Shown piece after piece: positions 18,390 through 28,456 of a stretch of 248,000 nucleotides of DNA. The notes under the pieces are model-generated. The model made no database searches. It saw nothing but the letters and a program-made list of their open reading frames with translations, and was not told where the DNA came from. Location of the stretch: assembly GCF_000737315.1 (NCBI RefSeq), contig NZ_JMCB01000005.1, positions 20,001 to 268,000 on the forward strand, given 5' to 3'. Made by a program: the position numbers and the translations under genes. Numbering within the stretch: the first letter of the stretch is position 1; each line of letters opens with the position of its first letter. The stretch comes from Hyalangium minutum. Its GTDB lineage: Bacteria > Myxococcota > Myxococcia > Myxococcales > Myxococcaceae.

Positions 18390-20518
18390 GCGCCGTGGAC
18401 GCGGCCTCCTGGCCTCTGGAGCGCCTCTCGGAGGCGATGCTCGCTCTGGGCCGCTGGAGCGGGCTGGTGCCGAAGCAGGTGGAGCTGGCGCCGCCTCCGG
18501 GCTGGCTGGGCACGGGCGACCGCTATCAGCTGACGCGGTGGATCGCCGCGGCGGGCCGGTGGATCGGGGTGGACGTGGTGCACCTCGACACGCCTTATGT
18601 GGAGGTGGACTCGCTGCTGCGGGGCGCGGGGCCGGCGCTGCTGATGCTGTCGGAGAGCGATGCGCAGGTGCCGCGCTTCCTGCTGCTGGCGCGGGGCGGC
18701 CGGCACAAGGTCAGCGTCCTCGGGCCGGATCTCCAGCTCCACGCGCTGCCACTCGAGGAGGTCCGCAAGCGGCTCTGCCACCGGTTGGAGAGCCACGTCC
18801 GAAAGGATGTCGAGGAGGTACTGGCGGCCACAGGCCTGAAGGGGCGGCGCCGGCGGCGGGCCGAGGACGGGCTCTATCGAGGGCTGCTCGGATCCAGGAA
18901 CGTCTCGGGCTGCTGGGGGCTCCGTCCGCTGCCGGGGAGCGACTTCTGGCATCAGGCTCAGCAGGCCGGGCTGATGCGGCGGCTGGGCACGTTCCTGGGG
19001 GCCCATGCCCTCCAGTATGGGCTCTGGCTGGTGTCGTGGTGGCTGATCGGCAAGGCGGCGCTGGAGGGGATTCTCGCTCCAGGGTGGTTGCTGGCGTGGG
19101 GGCTCGTTCTCGCGACGGTGATTCCCCTGCGCTTGCTGGCCTCGTGGTCCGGCGGGCACCTGGCCATCCTCGTGGGCACGCTGCTCAAGCAGCGCCTGCT
19201 GGTAGGGGCGCTCAAGCTGGAGCCCGAGGAGATCCGCACTCAAGGCACAGGCCAGCTCCTGGGCAAGGTCCTCGAGTCCCAGGCCGTCGAGTCGCTCGCC
19301 ATCAGTGGAGGCCTGAGCGCGGGAATGGCTTCGATCGAGCTGCTCGCAGCGGGGCTGCTCTTCCTCGCCGCGCCCAGTGGGACGTTGTCCCTGGCGCTGC
19401 TGGTGGGCACGCTCGGGGTGATGGGGTACTGCGCGGTGCGCTACTGGCGGGCGCGCCAGCGGTGGACCCACCAGCGCCTCACCCTGACGCATACGCTGGT
19501 GGAGAACCTGCTGGGACACCGCACGCGGATCGTCCAGCAGCCTCGGGAGCAGTGGCACACCTCCGAGGATCAAGCGCTCGAGGACTACCTGGCGCCCTCC
19601 CGCTCCGTGGATCGCGCGGCGGTGGTGCTGAGCCTGCTCATCCCGCATGCGTGGCTGATCCTCGGAGTGGCAGGTCTGGCGCCTGCCTTCCTGGGCGGGG
19701 CGGCGGGCGTGTCGGACGTGGCCGTGGTGCTGGGCATCACGCTGCTGGCGTACCAGTCCCTGCGGCGGTTCGCCTCGGGACTGATCAACCTGTCGGGAGC
19801 GGGGATCGCCTGGAGCCAGATCCGCGCCATCTTCCAGGCGGCGGCGAGGCCGGAGCGGGCGGGGCACCCGGAGTTCGCGCTGGCCCGGCAGGGCGAGGCA
19901 CCCTCACATGCAGTGGTGAATGGCTCGGGGCTCGTCTACCGGTATGAGGGGCGGGTGACTCCCGTGCTGAGCGGCGCGGATCTGCGCATCCACCTCGGCG
20001 AGCGGATCCTCCTGGAGGGGCCCTCGGGAGGCGGCAAGTCCACGCTCGGCTCGGTGCTCGCGGGACTGCGCTCCCAGGAGTCGGGCCTGCTGCTCGCGGA
20101 TGGACTGGACCGCCACACGCTGGGGGATGTGGGCTGGGCGCGGCGGATTGTCTCGGCGCCGCAGTTCCACGAGAACCACGTGCTGACGGGCACCTTCGCC
20201 TTCAACCTGCTGATGGGCTGCGAGTGGCCTCCCCGTGGTGCGGACCTCCAAGAGGCGGAGGCCCTCTGTCACGAGCTGGGGCTGGGGGAGCTCCTCTCCC
20301 GGATGCCCTCGGGGCTCCAGCAGCAGTTGGGAGAGATTGGCTGGCAGCTCTCGCATGGTGAGCGCAGCCGCCTCTTCATTGCCCGGGCGCTGCTGCAGAA
20401 GTCGAGCCTCGTCATCCTCGACGAGAGCTTTGCCGCGCTGGATCCGGAGACGCTCCGGGTGGCCATGCGCTGTGTCTTCGAGCGCGCGCCCAGCCTGCTC
20501 GTCATCGCCCACCCGTAG
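18386..20518 (+). CDS. ABC transporter, second subunit with degenerate N-terminal domain
   Basis: GPSGGGKST, LSHGERSR, LDES; no QxxxxDC motif. Confidence 0.85.
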   Translation: MSAVDAASWPLERLSEAMLALGRWSGLVPKQVELAPPPGWLGTGDRYQLTRWIAAAGRWIGVDVVHLDTPYVEVDSLLRGAGPALLMLSESDAQVPRFLLLARGGRHKVSVLGPDLQLHALPLEEVRKRLCHRLESHVRKDVEEVLAATGLKGRRRRRAEDGLYRGLLGSRNVSGCWGLRPLPGSDFWHQAQQAGLMRRLGTFLGAHALQYGLWLVSWWLIGKAALEGILAPGWLLAWGLVLATVIPLRLLASWSGGHLAILVGTLLKQRLLVGALKLEPEEIRTQGTGQLLGKVLESQAVESLAISGGLSAGMASIELLAAGLLFLAAPSGTLSLALLVGTLGVMGYCAVRYWRARQRWTHQRLTLTHTLVENLLGHRTRIVQQPREQWHTSEDQALEDYLAPSRSVDRAAVVLSLLIPHAWLILGVAGLAPAFLGGAAGVSDVAVVLGITLLAYQSLRRFASGLINLSGAGIAWSQIRAIFQAAARPERAGHPEFALARQGEAPSHAVVNGSGLVYRYEGRVTPVLSGADLRIHLGERILLEGPSGGGKSTLGSVLAGLRSQESGLLLADGLDRHTLGDVGWARRIVSAPQFHENHVLTGTFAFNLLMGCEWPPRGADLQEAEALCHELGLGELLSRMPSGLQQQLGEIGWQLSHGERSRLFIARALLQKSSLVILDESFAALDPETLRVAMRCVFERAPSLLVIAHP

Positions 20519-20601
20519 AGCGCCTCACGTTGGCGTACAGGCTCCTGCCCGGCCTCCGCGGGCCAGAGAGACTTGCCCCGCGAGGAACGCCGTGACATAT
20601 T

Positions 20602-22116
20602 TTGGTCATGCAACCAAGATTGATGGACACCGCGAGGGTTGTGCGTCAGGAGGCTGGCATCCGGACGGATCTGCCGTGCTTCCTGTTGCGAGGGGTGTTC
20701 TCCCGGGGCGAGTGTGCCCAAGTCATCCAGGAGGCGGAGGAGGCGGGCTTCCAGGCGATGGGAGGGGACTACCCGCCCTCGTACCGGGACAACGACCGCC
20801 GGGTCCGCGACGACGCGGCGCTGGCGGAGGCTGTCTTCGAGCGCATTCGTCCCTTCTTGCCTGAGCGGCTCGTGGACGCGTCGGGTGAGGCGTGGCGCCT
20901 GCAGGGGCTCAACCCGCGCTTCCGCTTCTGCCGCTACCGGGGAGGCCAGCGGTTCTGCATCCACCGGGATGGGGCGTATGCACAGAGCCCCCAGGTGCGC
21001 TCGCGGCTGACGTGCATGCTGTACCTCAACGACAGCGGGGAGTTCTCCGGCGGAGCGACGCGCTACTACGCCGAGCGCACGGAGGACGCGGGGTTGCTGG
21101 GCGTGGTGCGGCCCGAGGCGGGCACGCTGATCGTCTTCGACCACGAGCTCTGGCACGACGGAGAGGCCGTCACCTCGGGCACCAAGTACGTGATGCGGAC
21201 GGATGTCCTCTATGAGCGCGAGTCGCTCGGGCGCGGTGACACGGCGGAGGTGCTCACCGGGCACCAGGGCTACGTCTGGCATGTGCTGGCCCGCCGGGAT
21301 GGGAGCCTGGCCACCGCCTCCCGCGATGGGACCGTGCGGCTGTGGAAGCAGTCGAGGGACACGTGGCGGCAGGACGCGGTGCTCACGGGGCACACGGCTT
21401 CGGTCGTCGCGCTGGCGGAGGACAGCGAGGGAAGGCTGTGGAGCGCGTCGCGAGACCGCACCGTGCGCCGCTGGGAGGCGGGGACCTCTCAGGTCATCGG
21501 CCGTCACGAGGGAGCCGTGCTGTGCCTCGCCGCGCTGCCGGATGGGCAGCTGGCGAGCGGTGGCGCGGATGGAGCCATTCGCTTGTGGTCCGCACAGGGA
21601 GCGCCCCTCGGTGTCCTGCGTGGACACACCGGCTGGATCTGGGCGCTCGTTCCGCTCGAGGGCGGACGGCTCGCCTCGGCCTCCGAGGACGGCACGGTGC
21701 GCCTGTGGAGCCTGGAGACGCTGCGTGAGGCCTCCGCACCCGCAGAGACTGGAGCACCGGTGCGTGCACTCGCCGCCCTTCCTTCCGGAAGGCTCATCTC
21801 CGGCCAGGCCACAGGGGAACTCTCCCAGTGGCAGCTCGTGCAGGCTCCTCACCTGGCCCTGGAGCTTCGGGGTTGCCGCCGTGTGCACACCGGTGCTGTG
21901 TGCTCCATCGCTCCGCTCAGTGAGGACAGGGTGGCGAGCGGCGGAGAAGACGACGGCATTCATGTCACCCGCCTGCCGGACTTCACCTCCCTGGCCTCCC
22001 ACCGCCACGAGGGCTTCGTCCGGAGCCTCGCGGTACTGCCTGGGGAGCGGCTCGCGAGCGCCTCCTACGACACCACCGTGCGGCTGTGGCATCCGCCGCA
22101 GCTCCTGCCCGCGTGA
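20602..22116 (+). CDS. 2OG-Fe(II) oxygenase fused to WD40 repeats
   Basis: HRDG...HDG...KYVMRTD plus GH-x-WD-like repeats. Confidence 0.8.
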   Translation: MVMQPRLMDTARVVRQEAGIRTDLPCFLLRGVFSRGECAQVIQEAEEAGFQAMGGDYPPSYRDNDRRVRDDAALAEAVFERIRPFLPERLVDASGEAWRLQGLNPRFRFCRYRGGQRFCIHRDGAYAQSPQVRSRLTCMLYLNDSGEFSGGATRYYAERTEDAGLLGVVRPEAGTLIVFDHELWHDGEAVTSGTKYVMRTDVLYERESLGRGDTAEVLTGHQGYVWHVLARRDGSLATASRDGTVRLWKQSRDTWRQDAVLTGHTASVVALAEDSEGRLWSASRDRTVRRWEAGTSQVIGRHEGAVLCLAALPDGQLASGGADGAIRLWSAQGAPLGVLRGHTGWIWALVPLEGGRLASASEDGTVRLWSLETLREASAPAETGAPVRALAALPSGRLISGQATGELSQWQLVQAPHLALELRGCRRVHTGAVCSIAPLSEDRVASGGEDDGIHVTRLPDFTSLASHRHEGFVRSLAVLPGERLASASYDTTVRLWHPPQLLPA

Positions 22117-22280
22117 GCCTCCGAGCGCCCGGCGGCATGCCTGCTGAGCCTCGCTAGGCGCAGGGCGGACGGATCGCCGCGAGCCTGCTCTCTCGCTTGC
22201 TTCCCCCTGTGACCCACAGCGTCGATCACCACCATGAAGGGACCACGGCGAGTGAGAGAGTTGCCGGCCGGGACCCGACC

Positions 22281-23666
22281 ATGTTGCACGATGCCATCGA
22301 CACCTCCCTATTCCCCGCCTTCCCGCCCCAGGTCCTCGAGGAACTGAAGCGGGAAGGCCAGCTGCGAACCTTCCAGCCTGGTGAGGACCTCTTCATGGAG
22401 GGGCAGGAGGATCCAGGCATCTTCTTCATCCTCTCGGGCGAGGTCCGCATCACCCGGCGCCAAGGCGGCGAGGAGCAGGTGCTGGCCGTCCACCGGCTCG
22501 GAGCGTTCGTAGGCGAGCTCGCCATGCTGGCCGGAGGCACTGCCACCTGCACGGGCCGTGCGCTGAGGCCCACGCGGGTGCTGCAACTGAGCGCGGACAG
22601 GTTCCGCCGCGGTGTGTCCGAGGGCACGCCCCTGGCGAGGTTCGCGCTCCAGTCCGTGGTGGCACGGCACCAGGAGGTGGAGGCGCAGGTCCGCGAGCAG
22701 GAGAAGCTGGCGGCGCTGGGCCGCATGGCCGCGAGCCTGACTCACGAGCTGAACAACCCCGCGGCTGCGGCCCGGCGCGCGGCGGATCAGCTTCGCGAGG
22801 AGTGCCTCACCTCTCAGCAGCGCTCGCTCGCCCAGGATCGCCGGCTGACCGAGGCCCAGTGCAAGGCCCTGTCGGAAGTGCTGCAGGCCCTGCTCGTCTC
22901 GAAGCCCCAGGTCTTGGATGCCCTGGCACGGAGTGCGCTGGAGGACGCGCTCCTCGAGTGGCTGTCGGACCATGGCATGCGGCAGTCGTTCTCTCGCGCC
23001 TCCACCCTGGCGAACGCGGGAGTGGATGTGCCGCACCTGGAGGAACTGGGGGCGGTGCTGGAGGGACAGGCACTGCAGGTGGGGCTGGCGTGGCTCGAGG
23101 CGACGCTCTCGTTGGCGGAGCTCGCGGAGGTGCTCGTCTCGAGCACGGAGCGGCTCACCTCGCTCATCGCCGCTGTGAAGCAGTACACGTACAAGGACCA
23201 GGACACGCTCCAGGAGGTGGACCTGCACTCGGGGCTGGAGGCGACGCTGGCCATGTTCGCCCACCGGATGCGCGGCGGCGTGACGGTGACGCGCGACTAC
23301 GACACCTCGCTGCCCAAGCTCTGGGCCCATGGCGGCGAGCTGAACCAGGTGTGGACCAACCTCATCGAGAACGCCCTGGACGCCATGAAGGACCGCGGCA
23401 CGCTGCTGGTGAGCACCAGCCGCCACGGAGACGAGGTCCACGTGGAGATCGGCGACGACGGCCCAGGCATTCCCGAGGAGCTGCAGTCGCGCATCTGGGA
23501 GCCGTTCTTCACCACCAAGCTCCTGGGCCAGGGCACGGGGCTGGGGCTGGACATCGCGCGGCGCATCGTCGAGCGCCGGCTCGGCGGGCGAATCCACCTG
23601 CAGTCGAAGCCGGGGGACACGCGCTTCCGGGTGGAGCTGCCGCTCAAGCCTGAGCTGCCCCACTAG
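22281..23666 (+). CDS. cNMP-binding domain sensor histidine kinase
   Basis: HELNNP, NLIENA, DDGPG, FFTTK. Confidence 0.88.
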   Translation: MLHDAIDTSLFPAFPPQVLEELKREGQLRTFQPGEDLFMEGQEDPGIFFILSGEVRITRRQGGEEQVLAVHRLGAFVGELAMLAGGTATCTGRALRPTRVLQLSADRFRRGVSEGTPLARFALQSVVARHQEVEAQVREQEKLAALGRMAASLTHELNNPAAAARRAADQLREECLTSQQRSLAQDRRLTEAQCKALSEVLQALLVSKPQVLDALARSALEDALLEWLSDHGMRQSFSRASTLANAGVDVPHLEELGAVLEGQALQVGLAWLEATLSLAELAEVLVSSTERLTSLIAAVKQYTYKDQDTLQEVDLHSGLEATLAMFAHRMRGGVTVTRDYDTSLPKLWAHGGELNQVWTNLIENALDAMKDRGTLLVSTSRHGDEVHVEIGDDGPGIPEELQSRIWEPFFTTKLLGQGTGLGLDIARRIVERRLGGRIHLQSKPGDTRFRVELPLKPELPH

Positions 23667-23807
23667 CGCCCTGTACGAGGCCTGCCTGGTTGCTCCGGGG
23701 GCGGGCTGACTCCAGGTGGGCTGTCCGGCTGATGGGTGGTGGCCGGGCGCGGGGGTGCTCATCCCTTAGAGGCAATGGGGGGCCTGGATGCCTCCCGGGG
23801 AGCGGGC

Positions 23808-24284
23808 ATGAGACAGAGCGGCTTTCGAGCGTGGAAGGTGTTGGCCGGCCTGGCCGTGGCTGGGCTGTGTGCGGGCTGCAAGTATCTGCCAGATACAGGC
23901 TCCGTCAGGCAGGAGGGACCTCCCGAGACCTTCTTCGGAACCGAGAAGGCTCACCTGCCTCCGGGCACCTACGCCCGGTACCAGTACTCGCCGGACCGGG
24001 GCTACAACGGCACCATCGCGCAGCTCGGCTCGAGCATTGATCCGCGCACGCCCGAGGCGGCGGGCAAGCTGGGCAACTCGCGCTTGGTGGATGTGACAGG
24101 CCGGCCCGCCCCCCCGGCGCCCGAGCTGGGCGTCAGCGGTAAAGACGTCGCGCTCGAGGTGGGTAATCCCGAAGGCTCGGCTGACATGGGTTGGCGGGCA
24201 CGCCTGGGCTACGATGTGCGCACGAGGAACATCGGCGGTCCTCGATCCGCCGAGAGTCAGCGCGGGTACATCCCGGGCCCATGA
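23808..24284 (+). CDS. Hypothetical lipoprotein
   Basis: Lipobox CAGC. Confidence 0.55.
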   Translation: MRQSGFRAWKVLAGLAVAGLCAGCKYLPDTGSVRQEGPPETFFGTEKAHLPPGTYARYQYSPDRGYNGTIAQLGSSIDPRTPEAAGKLGNSRLVDVTGRPAPPAPELGVSGKDVALEVGNPEGSADMGWRARLGYDVRTRNIGGPRSAESQRGYIPGP

Positions 24285-24321
24285 GCTTCTCGGAGTCACA
24301 CGGCGGATGACACCTGCCCCC

Positions 24322-26592
24322 CTACGCAGCGCGGACCTTCACGGGCACGTGTTTGTGGTAGGGCGTGCGTGCCAGCGGGTCACAATGCTCGCTCGCCGTG
24401 AGGCGGTTGAGCTGCGGTCCCGCTGGCTCCCCCCCGCGATAGCGCATCCCGTACCCGTGGGGGAGCGTGACCATCCCAGGGCGGAGCGCTTCGTCGAGCT
24501 CGATGGTGACCGCAAGCTCGCCGGTGTCCGACGTGCAGATCGCTCTCGAGCCCTGCACCAGGCCGAGCGCCCGCGCGTCATCCGGGTGCATGCGCATCGC
24601 CCCTTCGAGGTCCGTCTTGCGCCAGGCCGGATCGCGGAAGATCTGGTTGGCGTTGTACGAGCGGCGTTCGCCCGCGAGCAGCACGAGCGGAGGGACGGCC
24701 TCGGGCTCGTCTCGCAGGGCGCGCAGGGCGGCGAGCATCTCGGGGATGTCGAGGTGGATGCGTCCGTCGGCGTGCCGGAGAAATGACCAGGCGTCGTCAA
24801 ACGTGTGGCGCGTCACGAGCACCCCCTCCGGACGATCGAGGATGGCACGGAAGAGCGAGGCTCCGAGGGTGAGGCGATTCCCACGGTGGCCAGCCCTCTG
24901 GACCGCGGCCCGCTCCCGGTTCGCCAGGTCGAGCGTGAGCCCGAGCAGCGGGGCCGTGGCGGCGGGCGGCACGCGCTCCGGGTTCGCGCGCGCGGTTCTC
25001 AGCACCGGGCCGAGCGTGCGATAGGCGATGGACGCCGCGTAGGGGCGCAGGCGCGGCTTGGCTGCGAGCTGGGCGGCGAACGCGGCCAGGAATCCGAAGG
25101 GGTGCGTTGCTGCTGGCTCCACCTCGGCGATGCGCTTGAGCACGGGGAACGTGCGCGGGAGCTCGCCCATCGACTCGAGGAGCCGTGTGTAGATCTCCGC
25201 CTCCGGCAGGGTCTCGGCGCGAGGCGGAAAGAGCGGGTGCCGCACGTGAAATGCGTTGTCCGGGAACTCCAGGTTGAAGCCGGTGCACTCCCACTTCTCG
25301 AACTGCGTAGCCGCCGGCAACACGTAGTGCGCCAGACGTGCGGTCTCCGTCATCGCCACGTCCACGACGACCAGGAGCTCCAGCTTCGAGAAGGCTCGCT
25401 CGTAAGCCGCCGTGTTCGCGCCGGTGAGCACGGGGTTGGCGCTGTCCACGAACATCGCACGGAGGCGATCCTCGCCCTCGTGCTGAATCTCGTCCGGCAG
25501 GATGTTCGGTGGGTACAGCCCGGCGATGGGGTACATCCCGTGGTGAGCGGTGCGCGGGTGGCGCGTGTTGCGCTCGTCGGTATGGCCCAGGATGGGCAGG
25601 AGGAACGAGTGGAAGTTGTTCCCGCCGCGCTTGCCGAAGTGCCCGGTGACGAGAAACAGCAGCTTCTCGAGGTACGAGTTGAGCGTGCTGTGCAGGCTCT
25701 GCTGCAGCCCGAGGTCGACGCGGACGCACGCCGCGCGCGCCTGCGCGAAGCCCCGTGCAACCCGCTCGACGTCCGCGAGCGGCACATCGGCCCGGCGAAC
25801 GAACGCTTCGATTGGAATCGAGCGAAGCGCCTCCTCTAACGCCGGAAAGCCCGTGCAGCGGCGGGAGAGGAACTCGCGGTGGTGCAGCCCGTCCCGGACG
25901 ATGATCGCAAGCATGGCCGCCAGGAGAAATGCGTCGGTCCCCGGGCGGGGCTGGAGGTGCACGTCCGCCAGGCGTGCAGTCTCCGTCTTGCGCGGATCGA
26001 TGACCACCATCGTGCGCGCCGGGTCCTTCTTCAGCTCGCGCAGCGTGTCGCGAGCGTTGGGAATCCCGTGCGCTTGGAAGGGATTGGTGCCGGCGAACAG
26101 GACGAAGTCGGCGTGCTCGACATCCTCCGTGAGGTGGCAGCGCTGATCGCCGAACAGGCGGCCGTTGACCCAGAAGTCGCCGGTCTTTTCCTGGGCGAGC
26201 GCGCTGTAGACAAAGCGGCTCTTCATCGCCTTGAGCAACTGCCTGCTGTAGGCACCGCCGAGGTGGTTCCCCTGGCCGCCACCTCCGTAGAACGCGAAGG
26301 CGCGTCCCCCGTGGCGCTCTCGGAGCGCGATGAGCCTCTGCGCGATGTCTGCGAGCGCTTCGTCCCAGGTGACACGGACGAAGCTGCCGTCGGGCGTTCG
26401 GCGCAGCGGGTGCTCCAGGAGGTCCGCATGCTCCTGGTAGTGCGCCAGCCGCCCGGCCTTCTGACAGAGGTAGCCCTTCGACACCGGATGCGCGTCATCG
26501 CCGCGGATGCCCTTGATGCGCATCCCCTCCGTCTCGACGCGAAGACCACAGTTCCGCGAGCACAGAATGCAGGCCGTCTGTTCCGTGGGCAT
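24322..26592 (-). CDS. Molybdopterin-dependent oxidoreductase
   Basis: CILCSRNCG...CQK Fe-S motif; molybdopterin-binding C-terminus. Confidence 0.88.
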   Translation of the reverse strand: MPTEQTACILCSRNCGLRVETEGMRIKGIRGDDAHPVSKGYLCQKAGRLAHYQEHADLLEHPLRRTPDGSFVRVTWDEALADIAQRLIALRERHGGRAFAFYGGGGQGNHLGGAYSRQLLKAMKSRFVYSALAQEKTGDFWVNGRLFGDQRCHLTEDVEHADFVLFAGTNPFQAHGIPNARDTLRELKKDPARTMVVIDPRKTETARLADVHLQPRPGTDAFLLAAMLAIIVRDGLHHREFLSRRCTGFPALEEALRSIPIEAFVRRADVPLADVERVARGFAQARAACVRVDLGLQQSLHSTLNSYLEKLLFLVTGHFGKRGGNNFHSFLLPILGHTDERNTRHPRTAHHGMYPIAGLYPPNILPDEIQHEGEDRLRAMFVDSANPVLTGANTAAYERAFSKLELLVVVDVAMTETARLAHYVLPAATQFEKWECTGFNLEFPDNAFHVRHPLFPPRAETLPEAEIYTRLLESMGELPRTFPVLKRIAEVEPAATHPFGFLAAFAAQLAAKPRLRPYAASIAYRTLGPVLRTARANPERVPPAATAPLLGLTLDLANRERAAVQRAGHRGNRLTLGASLFRAILDRPEGVLVTRHTFDDAWSFLRHADGRIHLDIPEMLAALRALRDEPEAVPPLVLLAGERRSYNANQIFRDPAWRKTDLEGAMRMHPDDARALGLVQGSRAICTSDTGELAVTIELDEALRPGMVTLPHGYGMRYRGGEPAGPQLNRLTASEHCDPLARTPYHKHVPVKVRAA

Positions 26593-26605
26593 GGCTTGAA
26601 TGATG

Positions 26606-26623
26606 GGATAGCGATCGTTATCC
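26606..26623. promoter_or_regulatory. Near-palindromic operator, probably for the adjacent TetR
   Basis: GGATAGCGATCGTTATCC between divergent genes. Confidence 0.55.
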
Positions 26624-26638
26624 TGTCAAGACGACACC

Positions 26639-27196
26639 ATGCGTTACTCTACCGACCACAAAGCAGGCACTCGGGACAAGCTCGTGCGCGAGAGCGCGGC
26701 ACTGGCCAAGGAGCAGGGCTTCGCCGCGAGCGGGATCGACGCGCTGGCACGCTCCGCAGGCCTCACCAGCGGGGCATTCTACAAGCACTTCGAAGGCAAG
26801 GAGGCGCTGCTGGCGGCCATCTGCGAAGCGGAGCTCCAATCGACCCAGGAGCGCTTCTCATCCATCGAGCCTCAATCCGAGGAGCAGGTGCTTCGCGCGG
26901 TCGATGCGTACCTGAGCCTCGTGCACGTGCGAAGCCCTGGTGCGGGCTGCGTGTTGCCCGCTCTGGCCGCGGAGATGGGCCGCGCCCCCGCCGCCACCCG
27001 AGCCGTGGTCGAGCGCGCCTTCGAAGAGCTCGTTGCCGTCATCGCTGAGAAGGTCGGCGATCGTGCGCTCGGGAGTGCGCTCGTCACCCAGTGCGTGGGA
27101 GCGGTCTCCGTGGCTCGCGCGCTCTCGACGGAGACGGCCCAACGCGAGGTGCTCGCCCATGCGCGCGTGGCGGTACGGCGGCTGCTGAAGGCTTAG
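26639..27196 (+). CDS. TetR family regulator
   Basis: N-terminal HTH, GAFYKHF. Confidence 0.9.
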   Translation: MRYSTDHKAGTRDKLVRESAALAKEQGFAASGIDALARSAGLTSGAFYKHFEGKEALLAAICEAELQSTQERFSSIEPQSEEQVLRAVDAYLSLVHVRSPGAGCVLPALAAEMGRAPAATRAVVERAFEELVAVIAEKVGDRALGSALVTQCVGAVSVARALSTETAQREVLAHARVAVRRLLKA

Positions 27197-28290
27197 GTCA
27201 GCACCTCGGTCGGGTCCTTCCCGGCGAAGGTGCTGGCCAGGCCGTTGGCGAGCGCGCGGTGCTGCGCGTCCCCGAGCGTGGCCACCCGGTCCTCGGGAGG
27301 ATGGGCGAAGCGGGCCTCGAGCCGGGCGAGCCGGCGGTGGGCCTCGGTGATGCGCTCGCGCGGGATTCGGCCGGACTCCACGGCCTTCACCACCGCCTCG
27401 ATGGCCCGCCGCTGCACGTCCACGCGGTGGCACACGAGGAACAGATCCACTCCGGCCAGCGTGCCCTGCACCGCGGCCTCCTCCACGGAGTAGTAGTTCG
27501 CGATGGCCTTCATCTCCAGGTCATCGCTCACGAGCACCCCGTCGAAGCCCAGCTCCTGGCGCAGCAGGCCATGGAGCACCTTGTGGCTCATGGTCGCGGG
27601 CACTCCGGGCTCGATGGCGTCGAACAGCACGTGCGCCGTCATCAGCGACGCGAGCCCCGCCTTCCCGAAAGCCTTGAAGGGCACCAGCTCCACGCGGCGC
27701 AGGCGCTCCAAGTCATGCGGTAGCCGGGGCAGGGTGAGGTGGCTGTCCGTGGTGGTGTCTCCGTGGCCGGGGAAGTGCTTGCCGCACGAGGCTACGCCAC
27801 CTGCCTCCAGCCCGCGCCCGAGCGCCACGCCGAGCCGCGCCACCGTCTCCGCATCCCGGCTGAAGCTGCGGTCGCCGATGACGGGGTTGGCTGGGTTGGT
27901 GTCCACATCGAGCACGGGAGCGAAGTCCCAGTCGAAGCCCACGGCGCGCAGCTCGTGCGCGAGCAGCTGCCCCGCGCGCTCGGCGAGGCCCTCGTCCCCG
28001 CGCTGGCCCAGCTCGCGCATGGAGGGCAGGGCGGTGAAGGGCTCCCCGCGCAGCCGGGCCACGCGGCCGCCTTCCTGATCCACCGAGAGGATGAAGGGCC
28101 GCCCCGCGCGCTTCTTGATGTCCCGGCACAGCGCGGCCGTGTCCTGGGCGGAGCCGACGTTCCGCTTGAAGAGGATGGCCCCGAAGATGCCGTCGTCCAT
28201 GAGGGCGGCGAAGTCCCCATCAACGGTGGTGCCTGGGAAGCCCACCATGAAGAGGCGGGCGCAATCGCGGTAGAGGGCGGAGCGGGTCAT
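27193..28290 (-). CDS. nagZ: Beta-N-acetylhexosaminidase (GH3)
   Basis: SVDQEGGRV, KHFPGHGD, SDDLEM. Confidence 0.92.
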   Translation of the reverse strand: MTRSALYRDCARLFMVGFPGTTVDGDFAALMDDGIFGAILFKRNVGSAQDTAALCRDIKKRAGRPFILSVDQEGGRVARLRGEPFTALPSMRELGQRGDEGLAERAGQLLAHELRAVGFDWDFAPVLDVDTNPANPVIGDRSFSRDAETVARLGVALGRGLEAGGVASCGKHFPGHGDTTTDSHLTLPRLPHDLERLRRVELVPFKAFGKAGLASLMTAHVLFDAIEPGVPATMSHKVLHGLLRQELGFDGVLVSDDLEMKAIANYYSVEEAAVQGTLAGVDLFLVCHRVDVQRRAIEAVVKAVESGRIPRERITEAHRRLARLEARFAHPPEDRVATLGDAQHRALANGLASTFAGKDPTEVLT

Positions 28291-28456
28291 TACGGCCTCA
28301 CCTTACCTACATTGGGCTCCAGAGGGAGGGGTGTGAACGGCTTCACACCCAGGACGTGAAGCCCGTCACAGATCCCCTGGCTGGAAAGGAGGCAGGCTTA
28401 CGCAGGGAAGCTCGGAAAGCCGTGAGGCAAGCACGGGCGTGAAAAGGGGGAACTCC

